Positions 54,377-64,000 of a stretch of 64,000 bases of DNA are shown in pieces; position 1 is the stretch's first letter; the number at the start of each line of letters is the position of its first letter. Source of the DNA: Candidatus Poribacteria bacterium (GTDB lineage Bacteria > Poribacteria > WGA-4E > WGA-3G); NCBI GenBank assembly GCA_026706025.1, contig JAPOZO010000088.1, forward strand, positions 35,669 to 99,668. The letters are read 5' to 3'. Below the pieces are notes generated by a model that was given only the letters and a program-made list of their open reading frames with translations, was not told where the DNA came from and did not search any database. The translations under genes and the position numbers were made by a program.

Positions 54377-55450
54377 TTAAAACAGTTGATAGAAATTATT
54401 TGCGTTCTCGTGCAAAATCTTACGTGTGAGTGAACCCGGCAATTCGGAGGGCAGTGCCTCGTTGGGTGTGTTGAACTGCCAATGTGGGTAATCCGTTGAA
54501 AACATTAGCATTTCATCGGATTCCAATTGACCGATGATCTGAAGTAGCTGCTCCGGTGTCGGCGGTGCATCGACAGGTTGTAGCGTAAACCGAATATGCT
54601 TTCGCATGTATTCCGACGGCGGATGTTTGACCCACGGTGTATTGTTTCGGAGGCCGCGCCACTCTTTATCAATCCGCCACATCATTGCCGGTAGCCATGT
54701 AAAACCGCTCTCAATGAGGACAACACGTAGTTCTGGGAACTGGTCGAAAATCCCTTCCGCAACGAGACTAATTACCTGTGCTTGGAAGACCTGCGTCATT
54801 CCAGCATATTCCTCTAAAAATGTTGATGGCCAGCCTGTCGGTGAAGGTTGGGTACCGGGTGCCCCGCCGTACTGAATACCGATAGCGAGATTATGCCGGA
54901 CTGCCGCTTCATAAATCGGATGGTAGAGTCGGTTCCCGTAGGGTGTCCGAGAACGGACAGGTAGTATCACCTGAACAAACCCTGGATGCTCACCGACGCG
55001 TTCGATTTCCTTTGCGGCGAGTTCTGGAATCTGGCTTGGGATCACAAGCGAAGCGCGGAGTCGAGGCTCTGGATCGAGCCAATGTTCTATCTGCCAATCA
55101 TTTACTGCGTGTGCAATCGCCGCGGCGAGGTCGGGGTTATGAATGCTTTGCACCCGGTAGGCACAATTAAGAATACCGTATTCAAGATTCCAGCCATCAA
55201 GTAATTGCGCTCGGATATGCGAAAGATCAATGTCCCATGGGGAAACAGCATCCGGATGCGTCGTTAGCGGGGCACCGCGTGGATAATCGCTCGCATCGGG
55301 ACCCCTAAAGCCAGAGTTCTGACAATAATCGCACCAGAAATCAGACATGTAAGGATAGAGCGTCTGCAAAGACGGGACTTCGTTATGAATGTCGCAGTCA
55401 ATTGCTTTCACCCCTGCCTCTACGAAATGTGGAGTCTCCCAACTTTCCAT
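54377..55450 (-). CDS. Amidohydrolase_2 family protein (paralog). Start reassigned to the internal Met at 55450.
   Basis: AIDCDIHNEVP and FSTDYPHWQFN motifs. The upstream 47 codons of the listed ORF overlap the tRNA and read as tRNA antisense (VEVTGSNPVRP). Confidence 0.6.
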   Translation of the reverse strand: MESWETPHFVEAGVKAIDCDIHNEVPSLQTLYPYMSDFWCDYCQNSGFRGPDASDYPRGAPLTTHPDAVSPWDIDLSHIRAQLLDGWNLEYGILNCAYRVQSIHNPDLAAAIAHAVNDWQIEHWLDPEPRLRASLVIPSQIPELAAKEIERVGEHPGFVQVILPVRSRTPYGNRLYHPIYEAAVRHNLAIGIQYGGAPGTQPSPTGWPSTFLEEYAGMTQVFQAQVISLVAEGIFDQFPELRVVLIESGFTWLPAMMWRIDKEWRGLRNNTPWVKHPPSEYMRKHIRFTLQPVDAPPTPEQLLQIIGQLESDEMLMFSTDYPHWQFNTPNEALPSELPGSLTRKILHENANNFYQLF

Positions 55451-55560
55451 CTCCGTCTCCTCGGTTCGGCAAACGATGGGGCGTACTGGATTTGAACCAG
55501 TGACTTCTACCGTGTGAAGGTAGCGCTCGTACCCCTGAGCTAACGCCCCACGTAAGAGTA

Positions 55561-55633
55561 TGGGCCCACTAGGACTCGAACCTAGGACCAACCGGTTATG
55601 AGCCGGTGGCTCTGACCACTGAGCTATGGGCCC
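55561..55633 (-). tRNA. tRNA with a CAT anticodon (Met elongator, or Ile2 if lysidinylated)
   Basis: Cloverleaf GGGCCCA/TGGGCCC acceptor stem, D-arm AGCTCAGTGGTCAGAGC, anticodon stem-loop ACCGG-CTCATAA-CCGGT, T-arm CTAGGTTCGAGTCCTAG. CCA is not encoded. Confidence 0.8.
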
Positions 55634-55794
55634 TTCATTTTTTCAATATAAGAATTATACTATATTCTGAATTTAAAATCAAATTTTTAATTGGCTATCA
55701 GTTGCAGAAGGATGGTTGTCAGTTGAAGGGAACACCCAAGCAAATAAACCCTACCGAGGGGTGGCAACTTAGTGCTTTGTCACCTCTAAACTGA

Positions 55795-55900
55795 TAGATG
55801 GTTCGTAGTGGCACAATTCTGCGGCGTACTCGCCCAAATGCGAAGTGCATTATTGCGCCTTGGATTGCCGTGCGATGAATCGCACGACTACGAACCGGAT
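55795..55900. repeat. About 100-nt palindromic intergenic element (GGTTCGTAGTG...GCCGTGCGATGAATCGCACGACTACGAACC). A second copy lies at 61855..61960.
   Basis: Outer inverted repeat GGTTCGTAGTG/CACTACGAACC and inner GTGCGAT/ATCGCAC are shared by both copies. Confidence 0.5.
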
Positions 55901-55940
55901 TTATCTCTCATTTCAAGGGTGACAGACTATTAGGTTTTCG

Positions 55941-57497
55941 TTAGTGGACGAAATCGCGTAGTTTTCGACTTCGCCTTGGGTGTCGCAATTTACGGAGTGC
56001 TTTCGCCTCAATTTGCCGGATACGTTCACGGGTTACATCAAAGATATTACCGACCTCTTCGAGCGTTCTCGGATAGCCGTCATCAATCCCGAAACGGAGA
56101 GAGATGACCTTCCTTTCACGCTCATTCAATTCGGAGAGGACATCTTGTATCTGCTCTTTGAGGATATTCAATTCTGCCTCTTGGACAGGGGACGGAGAAT
56201 CGATATCCATAATAAAAGCACCGAGAGGATTATCGTCTTCCTCACCGATTGGGGTATCCAAAGAGGCGGTTTCTGGCGCGACTGCAAGTGCTTCATTGAC
56301 TTTGCTGGTTGAAATCTTGAGGTCCTCAGCAATCTGTTCAGCTGTCGGTTCACTTCCCAATTCCTGCAAGAGTGAGCGTTGAACCCGCCGAATTTTGTTA
56401 ATCCGCTCGTGCATGTGTACAGGGATACGGATGGTTCGTCCTTGATCAGCGATCGCGCGTGTGATACCTTGCCGAATCCACCATGTGGCGTAGGTGCTAA
56501 ACTTATAACCACGCTGATAATCGAACTTGTCAACGGCTCGCATTAATCCGATATTGCCTTCCTGAATCAAGTCAAGGAATTCGAGACCCGATGCGCGGTG
56601 TTTGTGCTTCTTCGCGATACTCACAACGAGTCGGAGATTGGCTTCTACGATTGCCATCTTTGCATCCTGTGCTTCGGACTCACCTTTGTCGATTTGCTGC
56701 GTCAGAGATCTGAGTTGCTCGCGAGAAATGCCGATTTCGTTCATATGCTGCCGGATATTGCGCTGTAAACGGACAATGGTCACATAGGCAGCTTTCATCG
56801 AATCGGTTTCAAACTTCGGTGCAGCGCCGTTACTTCCGTTGAGCCATTCATCAGGAATATCAGACTTCTGTTGGATCTGCTGGATTTCGCTTTCCCACCT
56901 GCTAACCTGATACTCTGCCTGTTTAACGAGGTCGGAGATCTTACTAATCTCTTCACGATCAATCTTCAGTTGCTCAAGGGTCTTAATGAGGTGCGAGCGG
57001 TTCTTCGATTTCTTGGTAGGCCGCTTACCGTTTGTAGAGGACGCAGTAGGCTTAGCCGTGAGGCGTTCCATCTCAAGGCTTTCGAGTACACCCAATGCCT
57101 TCTTGACCTGCTCACGCAGTTTCTTTTCCTTATTCTGCGTTGAAGTACTGGAAACGTGCATATCAATAATATCGGAAGCTCGTTTCTTAGCGGTAACGAT
57201 TTTATACAGCAGCTTCCGAATCTCGGTAATTGCGAGTGCTGTGCTGAAGGTCGCTTCATGGGCGGTTCGATGGCCGGCTTCAATCCGTTTAGCGAGTTCG
57301 ACCTCTTGCGTTTTATCAAGCAGCTGGAATTTCCCCATCTCGCGCATATACACCTTCACTGAGTCATCGGTATAGCCGCTGCTGGCCGCGGCTATTTCAG
57401 CCAATTCATCGTCATACCCGAGTTCATCAGTTCCGTCAACATCAAGATAATCAAGCGTAGGATGGTCTTTAAAATCCATTATCAACTCCTTCTTCAT
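55941..57497 (-). CDS. rpoD: RNA polymerase sigma-70 factor RpoD
   Basis: Region 2-4 motifs: [17 protein letters not shown] and [19 protein letters not shown]. Confidence 0.95.
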   Translation of the reverse strand: MKKELIMDFKDHPTLDYLDVDGTDELGYDDELAEIAAASSGYTDDSVKVYMREMGKFQLLDKTQEVELAKRIEAGHRTAHEATFSTALAITEIRKLLYKIVTAKKRASDIIDMHVSSTSTQNKEKKLREQVKKALGVLESLEMERLTAKPTASSTNGKRPTKKSKNRSHLIKTLEQLKIDREEISKISDLVKQAEYQVSRWESEIQQIQQKSDIPDEWLNGSNGAAPKFETDSMKAAYVTIVRLQRNIRQHMNEIGISREQLRSLTQQIDKGESEAQDAKMAIVEANLRLVVSIAKKHKHRASGLEFLDLIQEGNIGLMRAVDKFDYQRGYKFSTYATWWIRQGITRAIADQGRTIRIPVHMHERINKIRRVQRSLLQELGSEPTAEQIAEDLKISTSKVNEALAVAPETASLDTPIGEEDDNPLGAFIMDIDSPSPVQEAELNILKEQIQDVLSELNERERKVISLRFGIDDGYPRTLEEVGNIFDVTRERIRQIEAKALRKLRHPRRSRKLRDFVH

Positions 57498-59345
57498 TTA
57501 ATTTTCATCGTGAGTGTCCCGCACGCCACGACCGCGTAGGGCACGTCTCTCATTTGAAAGTTTTACCAACTGCTCAAGTGTTTCCATCTCATCTGCGCCT
57601 TCGGCGAGTGCGTGTGATCGGACGCGCTGCTCAAGATCCTGTAAGTGGAAATTGCGCAATTTCTTGAGGCATCCCTCCACTCTTGCTTGTAGGTTCGGCG
57701 CGGGGGCTTTCCGTAAAAGCGCACTTGAAATGAAGGCACTCAGATTTTCATCAGGGCACTCACTGATCAGTGCCTGGATATCTATCCCCTTACTATCATC
57801 ATTTCCACTGGCTTCCCAAAGCAATTGTGCGACTTTGGCGAAGCGCGGTTCCGTGAAATGTTGATAGTCAAATTGGGATTTGACATACGGAATTAACGTT
57901 GGATTTTGGATTAACGCTTCAATAAGTTGATGTTCGATCTGGGCGCGTGCCGATAACTTCTGCTGTACAGCCTTCTTTTGCGGCATCGGACGAGAATCGG
58001 TGCTACCTTTGAGACCAGCGTCTCGTAATTCATCCCAAAGTACACGTTCATCAACATGAAGTTCCCGCGCGGCGTATTTGATGTATTCGCTGCGTTCAAC
58101 GCGGTTCTTGAGATTCAAGAGCGTTTCGGTAACTTCTTTCACGATTTGCGTTTTTACATCTATCCGGTGAATGTCCTGACTCTGAATAGCGGACTGAATC
58201 TGAAATTCGATGAGATTTATCGACTTGTCTATAAGTTCCGTGAAAGCATCGACACCGTGCTGCCGTGTAAATGAGTCTGGATCTTCTCCCGTCGGAAGCA
58301 GAGCAACACGCACGCGTAAATCTTCAGTGAGCAGTCGGAGTAACCCACGCTGTGCCGCTTGGAAACCGGAGGCATCTCCATCATAAACAATGACGACTTC
58401 CGGGGCAAACCGCTTTAGCAAACGTGCATGGTCTTCGCTCAAAGAAGTACCAGAGGAAGCAACAACGTTCTCAACACCAGACTGATAAAGCATTAAAACA
58501 TCCATGTAACCTTCAACAAGGAGCACACGCTGTTGCTTGTAGATAGTTTGACGCGCTTTGTCAAGATTGTAGAGAATTTTACTTTTATCATATAGAACCG
58601 TTGCGGGAGAATTTAAGTATTTGGGTTGATGCTCTTCAGAGAGTGCGCGTCCACCGAAACCAACAGGGGCACCACGTTCATTCTGGATGGGAAAAAGGAT
58701 TCTGTTCCAAAACCGGTCCTGAGGTCCCCGGTCTTCGTCTTTAATTAGCCCGACGTCAATGAGCTGCTGGATTGTAAAACCTTTGTCTGTCGCAACTTTC
58801 ACGAGCTCCCGCCGTCCAGATCTGGCGTATCCGAGCTGGAACGATCGAAGTGTCTTGGGTTGAACCCCACGGCGCTTAAGATACTGCCTTGCAGGCGCGC
58901 TGGCACCCTCAGTGAGGAGTTGGCGGTGATAGTACTCGACTGCGAAACGATTGAGATCCTCTAAGTTCGTGACCCGTTTGCGATCCGCGCTCTCGCGGGC
59001 ATCCTGATTCGGGAGCGCGATATTCAACCGTCCGGCTAACCACTCCATTGTCTCAATGAAGGATTTGCCCTCATGCTTTTGCACGAAGGAGATGACATTC
59101 CCACCGGTTTGACACCCGAAACAGTAAAATATCTGTTTTTGCACTGAGACCGTAAAGGAAGGGGTTTTCTCCGTGTGGAACGGACACAGTGCTTTGAAAT
59201 CTCGACCGGCAGGACGCAGCGCGATCCCGCATTCGGAAATAACCTCAACGATGTCGCTTCGGTTCCGAATTTCGTCGATTGTTTCACGTGGCACGTAGTT
59301 TCTTGTAGAAGGACGGTTCACGATGAATCTGCCTCTTCGTGTCAA
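57498..59345 (-). CDS. dnaG: DNA primase DnaG
   Basis: Zinc-ribbon CPFHTEKTPSF...CFGC, a TOPRIM region, and a C-terminal helicase-binding domain. Adjacent to rpoD. Confidence 0.9.
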   Translation of the reverse strand: MTRRGRFIVNRPSTRNYVPRETIDEIRNRSDIVEVISECGIALRPAGRDFKALCPFHTEKTPSFTVSVQKQIFYCFGCQTGGNVISFVQKHEGKSFIETMEWLAGRLNIALPNQDARESADRKRVTNLEDLNRFAVEYYHRQLLTEGASAPARQYLKRRGVQPKTLRSFQLGYARSGRRELVKVATDKGFTIQQLIDVGLIKDEDRGPQDRFWNRILFPIQNERGAPVGFGGRALSEEHQPKYLNSPATVLYDKSKILYNLDKARQTIYKQQRVLLVEGYMDVLMLYQSGVENVVASSGTSLSEDHARLLKRFAPEVVIVYDGDASGFQAAQRGLLRLLTEDLRVRVALLPTGEDPDSFTRQHGVDAFTELIDKSINLIEFQIQSAIQSQDIHRIDVKTQIVKEVTETLLNLKNRVERSEYIKYAARELHVDERVLWDELRDAGLKGSTDSRPMPQKKAVQQKLSARAQIEHQLIEALIQNPTLIPYVKSQFDYQHFTEPRFAKVAQLLWEASGNDDSKGIDIQALISECPDENLSAFISSALLRKAPAPNLQARVEGCLKKLRNFHLQDLEQRVRSHALAEGADEMETLEQLVKLSNERRALRGRGVRDTHDEN

Positions 59346-59372
59346 AGTTTCCTACAGAACATTGAGTCATGT

Positions 59373-61790
59373 TCACCCTTTGAATGTAACGACGGTTACG
59401 CCTTCACCGCCTTGATCAAAGGATGCAAACTGATATTTGGATACAAGTGGATTTTCACGCAACTCCTCATGAACCGCATTACGCAAGGCGCCGGTCCCTT
59501 TTCCGTGGAGGATACGTACCGATGGTAACCCCGCGAGGACTGCGTCATCAAGGTATTTGACGGTGACATCCAACGCCTCTTTTACGAACATCCCATGAAG
59601 GTTGATTTCATCGGCAATTGCGTTGGCTTTGCTATACTGAATATCGAGGACGGAAGCTGAGAGGTTCGCACTTTTCTGTTTAGGATGGACCGAGTCAATG
59701 TCGTGGTAGTCGGCTTGCATTCGCATATTCCCTACAAGCACCTGGAGCGGTGTTTTCCCGTTGGATTTAATAGCGATAACCTCACCGAATCGGTTCAGTT
59801 TCTTGACTCGGACCTTATCGCCAACGTTGACTTCCACCTTCGGTGGGTCAGCCTGTTTTTTGGGTGGCTCCTGTCGGAGTGATTTTTTCGCAGTTTCTAT
59901 CTTTGAGAAAGCGTTTTGAATACTATCTTTAGAGGCTTGTTTTTTCCGTATGTCAGCGACAAGGTTTTCCACGGTACGCCGTGCCCCGGCAACGATTTCG
60001 CGTGCCTCATTTTCAGCCTGCTGTTTTAGCGTCTGTCGCTCGGCTTCCAAGGTTTCAGCGAGTTTCGTATGTTTCTGGTATGCAGCATCAGTCTCTCGAA
60101 TTTTATTTTCTAAACGGTTTTGATCCGTATCTAATTTATCCTGTTTCTCTTGCAGCTCCACGAGTAGGTCTTCAACAGCGACGGCACTATTGCCTATATG
60201 GGTTTGTGCTTCATCAAGAATTTCGAGCGGAATCCCTAATTGGGAGGCAATCTTTATGGCGTTGCTACTGCCCGGTATACCTACCTGCAGTCGGTAAGTG
60301 GGGCGTAGTGTTGTCCAGTCAAACTCCATTGATGCATTTTCCATAGTTTGCTGTGTATGTGCATACGCCTTAAGTGCCCCGTAGTGCGTTGTAACGATTG
60401 TATTGACCCGCCTCTCACCGAGCCAATCAAGGAGTGCCATACCGAGAGCCGTCCCTTCGCTGGGGTCTGTCCCTGCACCAATTTCATCTAAGAGTACAAG
60501 TGATTGGTGAGAAACCTCGACTGTTGTAAGCATCTCGGCAATCTTAGTGATATGAGAAGAGAAGGTACTCAGACTCTGTTCGATCCCTTGATCGTCGCCG
60601 ATGTCGGCAAACACATGGTCAAAGATAGCGATTTTACTTCCGTGTTCCGCTGGAATATGTAAACCGGACTGCGCCATCAGCACCAACAGCCCGACTGTTT
60701 TAAGGACAACCGTTTTGCCACCAGTATTCGGACCGGTGATGATTAGCGTTTTGAACGTTTTGCCGATATGAACATTTGTCGGTACGACCTGTTTCGGTAA
60801 CTTCACGTCCGCTTCAGCATCAGGATCAGTTGACTGTTCATTCTCAAGATGGAATTCCAACAACGGATGCCGCGCTTCAATGAGCTTGACGTTACCGCGG
60901 GTATTCAGCTTAGGTTCAACGGCGTTGAGTGCTAAACTAAAGCGTGCTTTTGCGTTCAAAAAATCAAACTCTGCTAATAACTCAAGGGCGGATTCCAATT
61001 CGGGTAGGTGATCTCGGACGTGATCCGTCAGCGTAAGGAGAATGCGTTGTATTTCACGGTGTTCATCTTCAGCAGCTTCGTGTAATTCATTGTTCATCTG
61101 CACAATGCCCAAAGGTTCGACAAAAAAAGTCGCACCGCTTGTGGATTGCGCTTGGACTACACCTTGGAAAGATGCGCGCGCCTCTTGTTTGATTGGGATG
61201 ACATACCGATTGTTCCGAGAGGTAATGACCGGTTCTTGAATCGCATTTTGGCATTCTGGAGAGCGAAGCGTCGCTTCAAGCTTTTGATGTATATTTTCAC
61301 GGAGACGCAATAATTTTCGGCGGATTGATCGTAATTTCGGACTTGCGCGGTCGAGTAGGATACCCTCTGGATTAATGCAATAGTTGATCGCCTCAACTAA
61401 CTCAGGAAACGCTGGCAGGGCGTCCACAATAGTAAAGAGGTTAGGAAACTCCTCGCGCTCGCGCTTTTCAAATACACGATGGATGTCGCTTGGAATCTTC
61501 GCAACTTTTCGGACATCAAGGAGTTCTTCAGCGTTTAAGATTGAACCGACTTTGGCAGCATGGTCCAATAATTCTCGGATGTCTCTTAAACCTGCTAACG
61601 GAATCCCACCGTAGAGTTGATGAAAGAATTTGGCTTCACTACATAACGTCTGCAGGTAACGGACTTTATCAATGTCATAAGACGGCGTAAGGGTATCGAC
61701 CCGCGCAGTCCCAAGTTGAGAAGCGGTATACTTTTTCAAAAGCATTTTGATCTTATCGTATTCTAACGCTTTTTCAACACTGGCTAACAC
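59373..61790 (-). CDS. mutS2: Endonuclease MutS2 (MutS-like ATPase with a C-terminal Smr domain)
   Basis: Walker A GPNTGGKTV, DE, coiled-coil, and a C-terminal Smr (LHGMFVKEALDVT...ILHGKGTGALR). Confidence 0.9.
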   Translation of the reverse strand: MLASVEKALEYDKIKMLLKKYTASQLGTARVDTLTPSYDIDKVRYLQTLCSEAKFFHQLYGGIPLAGLRDIRELLDHAAKVGSILNAEELLDVRKVAKIPSDIHRVFEKREREEFPNLFTIVDALPAFPELVEAINYCINPEGILLDRASPKLRSIRRKLLRLRENIHQKLEATLRSPECQNAIQEPVITSRNNRYVIPIKQEARASFQGVVQAQSTSGATFFVEPLGIVQMNNELHEAAEDEHREIQRILLTLTDHVRDHLPELESALELLAEFDFLNAKARFSLALNAVEPKLNTRGNVKLIEARHPLLEFHLENEQSTDPDAEADVKLPKQVVPTNVHIGKTFKTLIITGPNTGGKTVVLKTVGLLVLMAQSGLHIPAEHGSKIAIFDHVFADIGDDQGIEQSLSTFSSHITKIAEMLTTVEVSHQSLVLLDEIGAGTDPSEGTALGMALLDWLGERRVNTIVTTHYGALKAYAHTQQTMENASMEFDWTTLRPTYRLQVGIPGSSNAIKIASQLGIPLEILDEAQTHIGNSAVAVEDLLVELQEKQDKLDTDQNRLENKIRETDAAYQKHTKLAETLEAERQTLKQQAENEAREIVAGARRTVENLVADIRKKQASKDSIQNAFSKIETAKKSLRQEPPKKQADPPKVEVNVGDKVRVKKLNRFGEVIAIKSNGKTPLQVLVGNMRMQADYHDIDSVHPKQKSANLSASVLDIQYSKANAIADEINLHGMFVKEALDVTVKYLDDAVLAGLPSVRILHGKGTGALRNAVHEELRENPLVSKYQFASFDQGGEGVTVVTFKG

Positions 61791-61854
61791 AGGTTCGTCC
61801 TCTTTCAGATACGCTTGGAATTCAAGCAGCTACGGCAAACTATAGAATGGCAAA

Positions 61855-61960
61855 TGCTAGTAGTCTGTCAACCTTCAAATGATGGTTTGTAGTAGTGGGA
61901 TTCATCGCACGTCTCAAGGTGCCGTGAATCGCACCACTACGAACTAGCTATCAGTTTAGA
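61855..61960. repeat. Second copy of the ~100-nt palindromic element (GGTTTGTAGTAGTG...GCCGTGAATCGCACCACTACGAAC)
   Basis: See the copy at 55795..55900. Confidence 0.5.
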
Positions 61961-61972
61961 TGTGACAAACTA

Positions 61973-63001
61973 CTAGTGCTGAGCGGTACCCTGTTTAATA
62001 CTGCCCCAAGTTGTGACTAATTTTTTCTGCGGTTCAACAGGTAGTATCCGAATGTCCCGCAACCACGATAGGACAAATACGCTGCCATCAATTTCGACGA
62101 GCTCCTCGGTCTCTCCACTTGCAAAATCGTATAGGTAGACGGTCCCCCATCGAGAATAAATCATATAATCTCCTTCAGGCGACCAGTCAGCCCAATATCC
62201 GGTTGCTTTGTCAACGTCAAACAAAGGTTCAATAACCTTAGACTCAACGTCAATAAGGCAGAAGGTATCAAATTCTCTATTCCATCGAAAAAAGAGGATG
62301 CGTTGCCCATCGGGTGCCCAGACGGGATAGAAATCTTTGTTCAGCTCAGTTAATATCTCTATTTCCTTTGTTTCAATGTCTAAAATGTAGAGGTGTTCCA
62401 ACCACCCAGGCCTGGAGAGCGAAAAGACGAGCCGCTTTCCATTCGGTGCCCAAGAAATACCCCAGAATGAGTAGGGCCACCCGAAATGTGGAACTTGCGT
62501 CACGGCTTCCATTTCCCCGCTCTCGAGGTCAAACAGCCAAATCTGATTGTCTTGTGGAAGTTGTTCCATTGTCCAACCGTTGAAAGCGAGATACTTACCA
62601 TTCGGAGAAGCCGCAAGGAACCGATATGTCCCCGAAATCTGTGTAATCCGCTTCTTATTTTTGGGGTTGTCAGGGTTAATAGAATAGACATCGGATTGCC
62701 CGCCATGCCACTGAATAAAATAAAGTAAATCTCCGTTGGGTCCCCATGCTGGATACATACCTTTGTGATTTAAAGAGATAGCACTCAAATTGTTAGTGTC
62801 TTTAATTGCGGTCGCATAGAGATTCCAATCGAAACGCCCCAAATTCTCGTCAAATCCGTTGACGGCGTAAGCGAGTTGACCAGTAGGCGCAGCTTCGCTC
62901 ATCTGTGTAAATGAAAAGGAGATTAAGATAAGCATACAGAAAAGCACTATCCTACCGACTTTAGCGGTATAAAGAGCTATCGTACTATTATTATATATCA
63001 T
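61973..63001 (-). CDS. PD40/TolB-like beta-propeller repeat protein (secreted)
   Basis: Repeated WAPNGKRLVFS, WAPDGQRILF, and WSPEGDYMIYS motifs. Signal peptide. Confidence 0.65.
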   Translation of the reverse strand: MIYNNSTIALYTAKVGRIVLFCMLILISFSFTQMSEAAPTGQLAYAVNGFDENLGRFDWNLYATAIKDTNNLSAISLNHKGMYPAWGPNGDLLYFIQWHGGQSDVYSINPDNPKNKKRITQISGTYRFLAASPNGKYLAFNGWTMEQLPQDNQIWLFDLESGEMEAVTQVPHFGWPYSFWGISWAPNGKRLVFSLSRPGWLEHLYILDIETKEIEILTELNKDFYPVWAPDGQRILFFRWNREFDTFCLIDVESKVIEPLFDVDKATGYWADWSPEGDYMIYSRWGTVYLYDFASGETEELVEIDGSVFVLSWLRDIRILPVEPQKKLVTTWGSIKQGTAQH

Positions 63002-63035
63002 CGAGGCTCCTTAAAAAAATAAAAAATATAGATAA

Positions 63036-64000
63036 TTATTGAGCAGATCCAAGCCTTTTATACTGGAAAAGAGCGTTCTCATAGAGACGACGACTTAATC
63101 CCAATGTTTCAAGTTCAACAACCGTATCGTAACTGTACAGTGCGGAACTTTCGCGTCCCTCACTTTCAGCACGTCGAGCATTTTGAATGCTATTTATGAC
63201 TGTCGTTGCTCCTTTTTCAAAGCCACTGATCTGTTTTCGGAGTTCCAAGGAGAGTCCACCTTGAATGTCTTTGTCCACTTTATAGGTGCGAATCGCATCG
63301 GCATAAGCGACATAAGCCTCAAGGTACTGTTTTTCGTCTTCAAGTTTCTTTGCATTTGAAACATCAATGGGTTCGTCAATAGACGCGATAACCATCTTTG
63401 CGTCTTCGAGTAGTTCACGACTTTTTTCTCCCAGTCCAGCATCAAGGGTACCTCGGAATTCATCTACGATCTCTTTATAGGTGTTACGCGCTGTCTCTAA
63501 ATCCCCTAATTTTTCATAAGCAAGTGCTTGGTTAAATTTGGCTTCCAGCAGCACAAACTTGCGAATCTCTGGCGAGAGTTGCGGTGTAGGTGGAAAAGCC
63601 TTCGCTTGATAGGCAGCGACCGCTTTTTCATAGTCACCTTCCTGTTCATAGGTGTAGCCGATCGCCTTCTGTGCGTACAAACTATCCATCTGATTTTCGG
63701 GTTGATGTCCTTCAATGAGCTGCTGGAATTGTGTGCGAGCTTCCGGATAGTTGCCTTGATAATAGAGGGTATTTGCGTACTGATAACGCGCTCTATCCGC
63801 AAAAGTGGTATTTGCGTATTTCTCAAAGACCGCCTTAAGCTCGGTCTGCGCTGTCTGAAGCAGCGCCTCACTTTCAGCCAATTTTTCAGCATCCAAAAGG
63901 CTCTCTTCTGCTTTCTGGTATGCCTCGGTGGCTTGTCGGAGTGCAAGGGTGGCTTCAGCGCGACGGCTCTCTTGATTCTGATAATACGCTGCATACCCCG
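63036..64000 (-). CDS. Tetratricopeptide-repeat protein. The N-terminus lies beyond the window end (frame open to 64000).
   Basis: TPR-like 34-aa periodicity (AYQ..A, YEKLGDLETARNTYKEI). The frame has no stop between 63897 and 64000. Confidence 0.55.
   Translation of the reverse strand, partial: GYAAYYQNQESRRAEATLALRQATEAYQKAEESLLDAEKLAESEALLQTAQTELKAVFEKYANTTFADRARYQYANTLYYQGNYPEARTQFQQLIEGHQPENQMDSLYAQKAIGYTYEQEGDYEKAVAAYQAKAFPPTPQLSPEIRKFVLLEAKFNQALAYEKLGDLETARNTYKEIVDEFRGTLDAGLGEKSRELLEDAKMVIASIDEPIDVSNAKKLEDEKQYLEAYVAYADAIRTYKVDKDIQGGLSLELRKQISGFEKGATTVINSIQNARRAESEGRESSALYSYDTVVELETLGLSRRLYENALFQYKRLGSAQ

Noticed and set aside
63506-63994. 162-aa Arg-rich ORF in an alternative frame over the TPR gene.
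   Set aside because: Basic low-complexity translation typical of an out-of-frame read of a GC-biased gene. The TPR frame is open to the window edge and is the better model.

Overview
This 64 kb window appears to be a chromosomal segment from a Gram-negative bacterium, about 50% GC. I can support roughly 50 protein-coding genes and one tRNA. Housekeeping genes (mfd, folD, pfk, the dnaG-rpoD operon, mutS2, a TPP enzyme, and a surA/lptD outer-membrane biogenesis cluster) alternate with accessory content: two type II toxin-antitoxin pairs (DUF433/DUF5615 and HigB/HigA), a decayed CRISPR-Cas remnant (cas6-like plus cas2, with no array and no cas1), two paralogous internalin-type leucine-rich-repeat (LRR) proteins (one fused to a secreted metzincin protease), an orphan Rad50/SbcC-like zinc-hook ATPase, several PhyH, Rieske, amidohydrolase_2 and SDR enzymes, and a fragment of an Rpn-family transposase-like gene. 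The most unusual protein is a 1394-aa LptD homologue that carries an inserted SurA-like parvulin PPIase module and acidic tandem repeats, immediately downstream of three SurA-family paralogs. The intergenic DNA is rich in repeats: a REP/BIME-like hairpin family with compensatory stem changes and a CTAC tail (14 or more copies, including a cluster of four or five), heptanucleotide CTGACAA/CAGTNNN microsatellites abutting gene ends, and three further short conserved elements that each occur twice. No CRISPR array, rRNA or intact mobile element was found. All calls rest on reading the sequence and ORF translations by eye; no database searches were run.
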